Below are positions 11,418 to 21,631 of a DNA stretch of 54,818 nt, in pieces. How positions within the stretch are numbered: the first letter of the stretch is position 1; every line of letters begins with the position of its first letter. A program made the translations under genes and the position numbers. The notes under the pieces are model-generated. The model ran no database searches and was not told the origin of the DNA. It saw only the letters and a program-made list of their open reading frames with translations. Source of the stretch: Prasinococcaceae sp. CCMP 1430 (taxonomy: Eukaryota > Plantae > Prasinodermophyta); assembly GCA_013416795.1 (NCBI GenBank), contig RQSC01000482.1, positions 1-54,818 on the forward strand, in the 5' to 3' direction.

Positions 11418-13500
11418 CTAGCACCACTTGGCCCTGCAGGCCTTGCGCCTGCAATTGTTGCAGCGCTTGGCGGAGTAGGCGGGAGATTTGTTGTTCTTGC
11501 CGCCGCCGCCGCCGCCGCTGCTGCCGCCGCCGCTGCTGCCACAGTACTTCTTCTTGCACTTCGATCCCTTGCACTGCGAGCACTTCTTGTTCGAGGAGCC
11601 ACCCGAGGAGCTGCCGCACCACTTCTTCTTGCACGCGATGCCTTTGCACTGCGCGCACTTCGAGGATGAGCCGGAGCTGCCGCCTCCTTTCGGCGGGGGG
11701 GGCGGGGGCTTGCTAGGCGGGGGCTTGGTATCCTTCGTCGGCGGCGGTTGTTTGCTCCCGCCGCCGCCACTGCAGCTCTTCTTGACGCACGACCCCTTCT
11801 GGGCGCCGGCGGCGAGCTTGGCCGCAGTCGATTTGCACGCGGTCTTGCCGCCGCCGCCCGTGGGGCCCATGAAGTCGCCGCAGCTGGTGTGGCCAGAGCC
11901 GAACACGTGGCCGACCTCGTGGCCGGCGATCTTGGACAGGCCGGTCGCGAGACCGTTGACCACCGCGGCCGCGCTGCCGCCGCACACGGTGCCAACGTAG
12001 GCCTTACCAGCGGCACCGCCGCCCTTGTTGCCGGAGGCAAGCACGAAGGCTGCGGCACCGCCGCCCTTCACCTTGGCTCCGTTCCTGAAGAGCACGATCA
12101 GATTCCCGCCGACGGTGCCCGGATAGTTCGAGCCCGAGACGACGACCTTGCCGGCGACGTGACGGATGCCGCTCGGGGTATACATGCCGTTCATGCCGGC
12201 GGTCGCGCCAAGCATGGCACCAACGGTGCCGCCACCGCGCGCCTTCTGCATGGCGTTGTCGGCCTCCCAGTTGACGGTCGACTGGTAGCAGCCCGCAGCG
12301 CGCGCGAGCGTTGCGAGCGGCGGGATCGGCACGATCGTCGTCACCTTCTGGACGCTCGGGGCAGGGCCGGGCGAGGCGGCCGCGAAGACCATATCGTTCG
12401 TCAGTGCGTCGTCGGCCTCCAGAGCGCCGTCCTCGTAGAGCATGCGCAGCTTGCGCGAGTGCTGGGCGTGAGCCGCCTCCGCGGACGCGCCCGCCATTGC
12501 CGTCAACCCCGGCAGCAGGCGCGAGCCGCCGCCGAGGAGGCCGACCGCGGCGTCAAGAATGCTGTGGACGAGGTCGCGGTCGTCCGCGTCGCGAGGGCCG
12601 TCGGCGCCTGCGATCGCGTCCTCCTCGTCGTGGTCGTCGTCGTCGTCGTCGTGATCATGGTCGTGGCGGTCGTGGCGCTCCTCCGGGTCCTCGCGGTGGC
12701 TGAAGTCGCGCGGCCCGATGGCGCCGTCCAGGTAGATGATGTGCTCGTGCTCGCCCGGCGGGCAGAAGCCCGGCGTGAGCTCGCTCTCCATGACGGGCTC
12801 CACCACGAGCTCCAGGCGGCGGGCGCCCGGCACGAGGCGCTCCAGGGCGGGGTGCTCGTAGCCCAGCCAGCCGTGCAGGTGGTCCACCTCCATGTGGTCG
12901 GTCAGCACGAAGACGCCGCCCCAGCCCTCGCCCTCGGCGGTCTCCAGCGTGAAGTGGCGCACGGGCGGCGTTGCGTTGCGGTGCACCACCTCGCCCTCGG
13001 CGTCCAGGTACACCACCTCGAAGTCCTCGTGCACGTGCGAGTAGGCGTCGTCCTGCTGCATGCCCGAGATGAGCAGCGAGTGGCCGGCGAAGAAGTCCGA
13101 GTCGTCGGCGTCCTCGTCCGGCGACTCGATGGTGGCCGCGGCGTGCGCCGCCGGACGCGGCAGCTCCACGTGCAGCGCGCGGCCCTCGTCGAGCGTCCAC
13201 GCGCCCGAGCACAGCCTCGCGGCCACGCCGCGCTCCTCGGCGGCGTCGATCACGGCGCGCGTGCCCACCTGCCCGCCCGCTCGCGCCCCGCGTAAAAACC
13301 ACCTAATTATTGGCTCCGCCTTCACCTGGCCACCCGGGCAGCGCTCTCGCCCGCGCGCCCCGCTCGGAGCGCCGCGCCTTGGCAGGAGGAGGAGCCGAAG
13401 GGGGCGGGGAGTGGAAAGGGCAACCACCACGTGCCACCCGCCGCCGCGCCCCTCCCCCGACTCACACGCACCACCCGCGCCCCCGCCCCCGCCGCCGTCG
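11418..13500 (-). CDS. Reprolysin/ADAM-like (M12B) metalloprotease, copy 2; 5' end low quality
   Basis: Homologous to copy 1 throughout (RAVIDAAE, HRNATPPVRHFTL, TPGFC, VNWEAD). Zinc motif HEVGHVFGSGH plus DFM. Three C-x2-C-x4-C-x4-C tail modules. Sequence above ~13270 is garbled near the poly-G and N join. Confidence 0.85.
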
Positions 13501-13530
13501 CGCCTGCTTCTCGCTCTCGCGCGCGCCGGN

Positions 13531-13562
<32 letters not shown>

Positions 13563-16500
13563 CGTTTTTTTTTTTTTTTTTTTTTCCGAGGCCGATCGAT
13601 CGATCGATCGATCGACGCGTTTCCGTTTCCGTTTCCGTTTCCGTTGCGTCGTCGTTTCGCGCGCGGCGATCGATTTTTTTTTCGGCGCGAAGCCACCCCA
13701 CCGGCCGCCACGGGCGGGCGCGCCGGGCGGAGGGCGGGCGGGGCGCGACACGCCCATCAGGAACGCATCCGCTGCCGTCGAAGGGCAACCGAAGGGGCAC
13801 CGAAGGGACCCCTTCGCAACAAGAAAAAACGCCAGCGCGGCGCGGCGGTCGCGCGGCGGGCCGGAGTTCGAATTTCGAACGCGGGCGCGCGCCGCGCGGG
13901 GCGTGGAGGAACGAAGGGGGCGCTGAGGCGCCGTCGGGTGGGGTGACTGGCGCGAGCGGGGCGTGCGCAGGGGTGGCGGAGGGGATAGAGTATCTACCGA
14001 CGGACGGACGACGCGCGCCCGCGGGCGCGCGCGCGGCGCGTGCCGGCGCGCGTGCCGCGAAAACGGGCGGTTTTTGGCGGGAGAATCTGCCGTGCCGCAC
14101 GCCGCCGTCGTTACGCCGCGTGGTCCCACTAGGAGCCCCCATTAGGCGTCTTCGCGAGCGAGGCGAGCGATGGGTGATCCGGGCGGGCGCATTCCATCGA
14201 TGGACGGCGGATATCGAGAGCACACGCCCAGCACCTCGTATCGGGACGATGCGAAGTGCGTCGCTGGGACGCGGGGCGGCGCAATCGACGGTGGAGACGT
14301 GGCGCGCCTCGGCCGGCCACCTGCTCGATGAGCGCGCCTGCCCGCCAGCAGCGCAGGTCGTGCCCGTGCCCCACGTGCGCGCGGTGGCGTCAACATTGAC
14401 CTTGGTCGCCTGGCGAACAGCCACAGCGAGAGGGGCCGAGACCCGGGTGTCCCCCTACGTGGTCTCTGCGGAGGCACGCACGCCGCCGTGGTGGCAGACA
14501 CCTCCAGCGACGGCGCGAGCGCGCCCACGTGCCCTGGCGTGGACGTGCACGCTGCGTGGCGAGCCAAGGGCGACGCGAGTGTACGCTGACGCATGCCCTG
14601 CTACAGCGCGCGCCATGGCAACCTGCGTAGCGGGCGAGGCCTTGGTGAAGGAAGGGCGAGAGAGGCGCGCGCATCCGCCGAGACAAGCTCCTCCGAGGCT
14701 GTGTCGAGGGCGGAGAGCGCGATCGTGCCGATCCTCGCGCAAACGGCGCCGCCGGCCCGCAGGCCCGCGCAGCACGCCGCCGGTGAGAACACGCCGCGCG
14801 CGCACGCACGCACGCACGGCGGCACGCGTCCGCTCGGCGGGACAGGGAACGCGCGGGCCCACGCGCGTACGCGTCGCGTGCGCTGGTGCCCCCACGTGGG
14901 GCCGGCCTCACGCACCACGTGCACGCCGCCTCCCCCCTCCACGCCACGCGCGGGCATGCAGCTTGCCACAGGGGGGGAGCGGGCCGCGCCGCCGACACAC
15001 CCACCAACCTCGACCGCACTACGCTCGCCCCCCCGAGGACCGCTCATCCGCGCAGGCACTCATTGATTCCATCATCAATTTCATCGAGCACCGCCGACGT
15101 AAGGGGCCGCCAATGGCCCAATCGGGGCCGCCGAGTCGCTTCCAGCCTTCGAAACACACCCGACGACAGACCCGTTGACTCCGAACAACCTGAAGGGGAC
15201 AAACCCAACCACCCGAGAGTCTGCTAGTAATATCAACGCGCGCAATGGTGCCGGCCTCCAGTCTTCGAAACGCCGCTCCATGCACGATTGAATATAGAGG
15301 GCGACCCGTTGACGCAAGCTTTCGCGACAAGGTATCACAAGACGTGTGAGGTCGTCGCAGCTCGCCCCACGTGCGGCCACGACATCGGACGTCATATCGC
15401 ATTCGGAGCGTGTGCTCGGCACGACACGGCCTCGCAAACGGCCGGCGGCCACCCTCGTGGCGCATCGATTGGGGCTGTGGGTGGGCATCGCGCGATCACG
15501 TCCGCTTCACGTGGGGAGGAGCGTGTGGCTCCGAAGGCCCCGTCGTGGGCGTCGGGGGTGCGTTCGTGGCTGCGAGTGGGCCGCCGAATCGGAGGTCGTG
15601 GCCCATGGGGGCCCACGCGCGCGCGCGCGCATCCGAGGCGCGCGCGCGGGCCACACACGGCACGAATGCGCGCGCTGAGAATGAGAATGCGATTAGAGCC
15701 CTCCATCGAAACGCATGCGAAGCGCTGCGTCGGATGCGACATGCGCGCATTTCCGCCATCAAGGGCGCATGCGGCGTGCGCGATCGGTTCCGTCGCCCAA
15801 AAAATGCCGCGATCGGCGGCGGCCGCGAGCCAAACCGGCTCCGCGTTTTGGCCCCCGAGGGCGCCGCGCGGGCACGCGGCATGCGCGGGCGACCTGCGCC
15901 GCCGGCGAGCGCGGCGGCTCGGAGGGCGCGAATCAGCGGGACGCGCCGCGCGGAATCGAGCGGTCGCCGGGAAACGCGCGGATGTCCGAGCGCGCACTTC
16001 ACCTCTTCGCGCGCGCGCAGGACGGTACGCGTGCTGCGCGCAGGTGGTGCCACACCGCACTAGCTCCCCACCCCTTTCGAAGTCGCTCGATCCCGCGACT
16101 TGCCGACTCGTTCAGCGCCCCCACCGGCGGCGCTCCCTCGCGTGCGAGGCAGCTCCGACGACCGGGCGCTCGACCACCTCGCGTCGACCTCGCGTCGCGA
16201 TGCCCAGCCCAGCGCGCCGCGCGGCGACGGCCGCNGGGCGAGGTGGTGCACCGCAACGCAACGCCGCCCGTGCGCCACTTCACGCTGGAGACCGCCGAGG
16301 GCGAGGGCTGGGGCGGCGTCTTCGTGCTGACCGACCACATGGAGGTGGACCACCTGCACGGCTGGCTGGGCTACGAGCACCCCGCCCTGGAGCGCCTCGT
16401 GCCGGGCGCCCGCCGCCTGGAGCTCGTGGTGGAGCCCGTCATGGAGAGCGAGCTCACGCCGGGCTTCTGCCCGCCGGGCGAGCACGAGCACATCATCTAC

Positions 16501-17481
16501 CTGGACGGCGCCATCGGGCCGCGCGACTTCAGCCACCGCGAGGACCCGGAGGAGCGCCTCGACCACGACGACCACGACCACGACGACGACGACCACGACG
16601 ACGACCACGACGAGGAGGACGCGATCGCAGGCGCCGACGGCCCCCGCGACGCGGACGACCGCGACCTCGTCCACAGCATTCTTGACGCCGCGGTCGGCCT
16701 CCTCGGCGGCGGCTCGCCCCTGCTGCCGGGGCTGACGGCAATGGCGGGCGCGTCCGCAGAGGCGGCTCATGCGCTCGAGCACTCGCGCAAGCTGCGCATG
16801 CTCGTCGAGAATGCTCTGGATGCCGACGACGAAGTCAGCTCAAACGACATGCTCTTCGCGGCCGCCTCGCCCGGCCCCGCCCCGAGCGGCCAGAAGGTGA
16901 CGACGATCGTGCCGATCCCGCCGCTCGCAACGCTCGCGCGCGCTGCGGGCTGCTACCAGTCGACCGTCAACTGGGAGGCCGACAACGCCATGCAGAAGGC
17001 GCGCGGTGGCGGCACCGTTGGTGCCATGCTTGGCGCGACCGCCGGCATGAACGGCATGTATACCCCGAGCGGCATCCGTCACGTCGCCGGCAAGGTCGTC
17101 GTCTCGGGCTCGAACTATCCGGGCACCGTCGGCGGGAACCTGCTCGTGCTCTTCAGGAACGGAGCCAAGGTGAAGGGCGGCGGAGCCGCAGCCTTCGTGC
17201 TTGCCTCCGGCAACAAGGGCGGCGGTGCCGCTGGCAAGGCCTACGTGGGCTCCGTGTGCGGCGGCAGCGCGGCCGCGGTGGTCAACGGTCTCGCGACCGG
17301 CCTGTCCAAGATCGCCGGCCACGAGGTCGGCCACGTGTTCGGCTCTGGCCACACCAGCTGCGGCGACTTCATGGGCCCCACGGGCGGCGGCGGCAAGTCC
17401 GCGTGCGGCTCGACCGCGTCAAAGCTCGCCGCCGGCGCCCAGAGGGGGTCGTGCGTCAAGAAGAGCTGCAGTGGCGGCGGC
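11757..17481. repeat. Long inverted duplication: arms ~11757-12997 and ~16236-17481 (protease copies 2 and 3)
   Basis: Near-identical DNA in opposite orientation over ~1.2 kb. Differences are concentrated in the His/Asp linker and the segment after RKL. Confidence 0.9.
13591..13646 (+). repeat. Microsatellites (GATC)n and (TTTCCG)n next to the poly-G/poly-T join
   Basis: gatcgatcgatcgatcgatcg followed by tttccg x4. Confidence 0.8.
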
Positions 17482-17733
17482 GGTGCCCCCAAGGCTTCGT
17501 CGAGCCCAGCCAAGTCCTCGGGCTCTAACTCCAAGCCCTCCTCGGGCTCTACTAGTGCTGACGCCAAGAAGTGCGCAAAGTGCAAGCGCCAGTCGTGCAA
17601 GAACAAGTACTGCAAGAAGCCCAGCGGCGGCGGCAAGAAGCCCAGCGGCGGCGGCAACAAGAAGCCTGGCGCCAACGCCGCCCAGCGCTGCAAGAAGTGC
17701 AGGCGCAAAGCGTGCAGGGCGAAGTGGTGCTAA
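16200..17733 (+). CDS. Reprolysin/ADAM-like (M12B) metalloprotease, copy 3; part of the N-terminus lost at the single-N join 16235
   Basis: ATG 16200 (MPSPARRAATA), then N, then GEVVHRNATPP..., nearly identical to copy 2. HEVGHVFGSGH. Two C-x2-C-x4-C-x4-C modules. TAA at 17731-17733. Confidence 0.85.
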
Positions 17734-18355
17734 GCCTCGCCAAAACCAACCTACCCACAGTACCGCCAAGAAAAAACTCAAAAACAACCTCACGAGCGCA
17801 CATTGCGCGATCCCCCTTCCTTCAAAAGACTACCGAACCGACGGACCAACCCCCGCAACCATCGACCAACGACCAACGACCGACGGCCATCGACCTCTGG
17901 CGATGCTGCGGCTCCCCAAACCTGGCCAGCCGCTGTTCCGACCCGCCCTTCTTCCAGCGGGCAGACTGCTGGGCCCCGGCCGGGCGTCGGCGACGCCGCC
18001 GTTACTCGCAAGGCCAACAACCTGACAAACCTTTGGAGCCTTCCCATGCTACACGAGCGCCTCTCTCGAATTCTTTTGCGCGACACTCCACAAACGGCGC
18101 CCACCACACCACCATCGCGCGCCGCCGTGGCGTCTCGCGCGCCCACCCGCAAGGACTTCACCGTTAAGGACATCGCCCACTCGCGGCTGTTCTCTACCAG
18201 CGTCTCGAGCGGACGAGCGCGCCGCGCCGCGCCCGCACGACCCTCGCGCCGCGCAGTTCGCACCGCCGCAGAAAAAAAAAAAAAAAAAGAACAGAGATAT
18301 CGCTTTAGTACAGTGGTGCTGAGCTGCGCTGCTGCTCCTGCGTGTGTGCTACCGT

Positions 18356-19400
18356 TCAGTCCACGGGGTCGGTCCATTTGCGCGCATCGTCCTCCAGCTT
18401 CTTCAGCTTCTTCGCCTTGTGCTCCGCCGCCAGAAGAGTGTTCTGCATGAGCGCCGCTATGGTCATGGGCCCGACGCCGCCGGGCACTGGCGTGATGGCC
18501 GCCGCCACCCCGGACACCTCATCGAATGCGACGTCGCCAACCACCCGGAAGGGGCGCCCGTCGTGGTCCACCTCGTCGTGCCGCAACGGCACGGTGTTGA
18601 TGCCGACGTCGAGCACCACCGCGCCCGGGCGCACCCAGTCGGCGTGCACCAGCCCCGCCTTGCCGGCCGCGGCGACGACGATGTCCGCCGAGCGGCTCAC
18701 GCCGCGCACCGTGCCGTGGGGGCAGTCGGCGACCACCTGCGCGGTGTCGCACACTGTCACGGCGGCCGCGCCGCGCTTGAGCAGCATGGCGCTCAGCGGA
18801 ATGCCGACGGTGTTGCTCGAACCGATGACGCAGGCGTGCTTGCCCTCGACGGCGATGTCGTTGCGGTCGAGCAGCTCGAGGATGCCCTTGGGCGTGCAAG
18901 GAAGGAAGGCGGGCTCACGCCCGCGCATGGCGAGGCGGCCGGCGTTGACGGGATTGAAGGCGTCGACGTCCTTGCACGTCGGCACGGCGTTGAGGATCTC
19001 CTGCTCGTCCAGGTGGACCGGCAGCGGCAGCTGCACGAGGATGCCGTGGATGTCCGGGTCGGCGGCGAGCGAGCGCACCTTCTCGAGGAGTTCGGCCTGC
19101 GAGATGGCCGGCGGTAGGTCCAGCGAGACGTCCCGAATGCCCACGTGCGCGCACGCCTCTCGCTTGCGCTCCACGTACAGCGCCGAGTCCGCGCGGTGCG
19201 CCACGTGCACGACGGCGAGCGACGGCTTCGGCGCCGACGCGGGCAGCGTGCGTATTGTCTCGGCGATGTCGTCGAGCCACGCCGCCGCCGCCGCGCGGCC
19301 GTCGAGCACGCGCGCGGCGTGGCCGCTCTGTTGCCTTTGCGGCTCCTCCCACGCCAAGCCCGCCTCCAGCCGCGCCGCCGGCCCCGCGCGGGCGTCGGTG
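18356..19400 (-). CDS. folD: Bifunctional methylenetetrahydrofolate dehydrogenase/cyclohydrolase (no start codon of its own visible)
   Basis: Motifs VLDGR, YVERK, GILVQLPLP, KDVDAF, PCTPKG, GSSNTVGIP, VVLDVGIN, GDV and ITPVPGGVGPMTIAALMQNT. Confidence 0.95.
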
Positions 19401-19929
19401 CCCCCATCGCACCGCGCTTGATTATTACCCAGCGCTCGTGCGGCCACTCGTCGCCGCCGCCGCCGCCGCCGTTGTTGAGCAGCGCGATCGCCGCCGCACG
19501 GTTGTCCCCTGCGATCCCCGTCACGTCGGCGGCCTCCTCTTCGGTCAGCAGGAGCACGTCCGCGCCCGCTAGCAGCGCGCGCGTGGCCATGGTCTCGTCG
19601 CGCGTCACGTCGTCCGAGCCCGTCACGCCGTCGCAGCTCCCGTCGCTGACGTCGCCTAGGTCGCCATCGCTTTGCCCCCCCCCGCCGCGCTTCGCCGCCA
19701 GCGCGAGCAGGTGAGACGCGCGCGGCCCCGGGTCGAACAGCAGCGCGCATCCTTCCGAGCGCGCGGCCTCGGTGGCTGCCAGCAGCGCCAGTCCGGGGAG
19801 CTCGTCGAACGCGTACCCGTTGAGGAAGAGAGCGCGGCTGCCCGCCAGCTGCGCGCGGAGCGCGTTGACAGGCAGCGCCTCTGCTCCGCCTGCCGCGTGG
19901 ATGGCAGCCGTGTTGAAGTCGAAGCGAGA
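19399..19929 (-). CDS. PfkB/ribokinase-family carbohydrate kinase, internal fragment
   Basis: LFLNGYAFDEL, LLFDPGPR, DVLLLTEEEA and WVIIKRGAMGA. The N-terminus is cut by the N at 19930, and the C-terminal DTxGxGD motif is absent. Confidence 0.85.
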
Positions 19930-20246
19930 NGCCCAGTCAAACCGCATCCGCACGCACGCCGCGGCGCGCCGGCGGGTCCCCTTCGCGCGCGCGCGCGCCG
20001 CTCCCGTCCGCGCACCCGCACGCTTTTCGACATCTCAAAAAATGTTTTTCAGTGTGCGACGACGAAGCGTCGCCCATCGCTCCCGCAGACACCCCCCTCC
20101 CACCCCATTCCCGCCGCGCCGCGCCGCACTCCGCACTTCGCGTCCGTCCGCTGGTGTGGGCGTCGACTGAAAGAGGCGTCCCGCCTCCATCCAGCGCGCG
20201 CGTCCGACCGCCGCCCAGAAATGTTTTTGAGCGTCTCGAGCTCTCG

Positions 20247-20283
<37 letters not shown>

Positions 20284-21063
20284 ACGCACGCCTCGCGGCT
20301 GGCCAGTTCTGAGGCGGGCATAGACATGTCGGGCGGCGCGGATGAAACCCGAACCTCTCTCTCCTTCTTTGAGGTTTTCCAGCCGGGACCCTGCGAGGAC
20401 GATCCGGGGCGGCAGGCGGCGCCCGGCGCCGCGAAGAGAGGATCGCGGCGCCGCGGCCGCCGAACGCAAACCCTCTCCTCGACAGCGACACCTCAAAGAT
20501 GTGAGTGGGTTGGGGTAGGGTTGCGTATCAGGGTCCACGATGGCACGCGTCCCGAGTCAAAATGCGCGCGAAGGATGCCGCCGGGACGGGCGGTTCGAAC
20601 GCACACGCTTTGGGTTCGCGCGACATTCGCGTTCATGCGCATGAAACGCGCGCCGAACGGGCGCGCGCGCGCGCGCGCGCGCGCGCCCGTTCGGCGCGCG
20701 TTTCATGCGCATGAACGCGAATGTCGCGCGAACCCAAAGCGTGTGCGTTCGAACCGCCCGTCCCGGCGGCATCCTTCGCGCGCATTTTGACTCGGGACGC
20801 GTGCCATCGTGGACCCTGATACGCAACCCTACCCCAACCCACTCACATCTTTGAGGTGTCGCTGTCGAGGAGAGGGTTTGCGTTCGGCGGCCGCGGCGCC
20901 GCGATCCTCTCTTCGCGGCGCCGGGCGCCGCCTGCCGCCCCGGATCGTCCTCGCAGGGTCCCGGCTGGAAAACCTCAAAGAAGGAGAGAGAGGTTCGGGT
21001 TTCATCCGCGCCGCCCGACATGTCTATGCCCGCCTCAGAACTGGCCAGCCGCGAGGCGTGCGT

Positions 21064-21100
<37 letters not shown>
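20247..21100. repeat. Perfect spacerless palindrome (~850 bp) centred on (GC)13 at 20661-20686
   Basis: The ORF track gives identical peptides on both strands (20505-20714 + and 20633-20842 -). The arms end in poly-C and poly-G. Confidence 0.95.
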
Positions 21101-21138
<38 letters not shown>

Positions 21139-21631
21139 NNNNNNNNNNNNNNNNNNNNNNNNNNNNNNNNNNNNNNNNNNNNNNNNNNNNNNNNNNNNNN
21201 NNNNNNNNNNNNNNNNNNNNNNNNNNNNNNNNNNNNNNNNNNNNNNNNNNNNNNNNNNNNNNNNNNNNNNNNNNNNNNNNNNNNNNNNNNNNNNNNNNNN
21301 NNNNNNNNNNNNNNNNNNNNNNNNNNNNNNNNNNNNNNNNNNNNNNNNNNNNNNNNNNNNNNNNNNNNNNNNNNNNNNNNNNNNNNNNNNNNNNNNNNNN
21401 NNNNNNNNNNNNNNNNNNNNNNNNNNNNNNNNNNNNNNNNNNNNNNNNNNNNNNNNNNNNNNNNNNNNNNNNNNNNNNNNNNNNNNNNNNNNNNNNNNNN
21501 NNNNNNNNNNNNNNNNNNNNNNNNNNNNNNNNNNNNNNNNNNNNNNNNNNNNNNNNNNNNNNNNNNNNNNNNNNNNNNNNNNNNNNNNNNNNNNNNNNNN
21601 NNNNNNNNNNNNNNNNNNNNNNNNNNNNNNN

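Noticed and set aside
8850-13500. Non-AUG initiation (no in-frame ATG at the expected 5' ends of DAGK, the kinase-like gene and protease copy 2, which has ACG at 13498)
   Set aside because: These are extreme-GC stretches, one abutting poly-G and N. Base errors or unrecognised micro-exons are more parsimonious.
13861-13880. GTTCGAAT resembling a tRNA T-loop/B-box
   Set aside because: No full T-stem, D-arm or acceptor stem can be formed.
15250-15280. CTTCGAA resembling an anticodon loop
   Set aside because: The flanks do not form an anticodon stem or cloverleaf.
13310-16685. Long Arg/Ala/Pro-rich ORFs (e.g. 13310-15178, 15288-16685) and the many antisense ORFs
   Set aside because: Expected from stop scarcity at very high GC. 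They have no domain motifs or codon periodicity, and many are shadows of real genes.
20341-20365. GAAACCCGAACCTCTC resembling a plant telomerase RNA template region
   Set aside because: The same AACCCGAA variant occurs in other promoters here (~34759, ~40700). No pseudoknot or Pol III promoter/terminator was identifiable.
21064-21138. Poly-G/poly-C tracts (also 13531, 20247, 37780) as G-quadruplex or poly-Pro/Gly coding
   Set aside because: Several sit at contig edges or joins and look like poly-G read artefacts.
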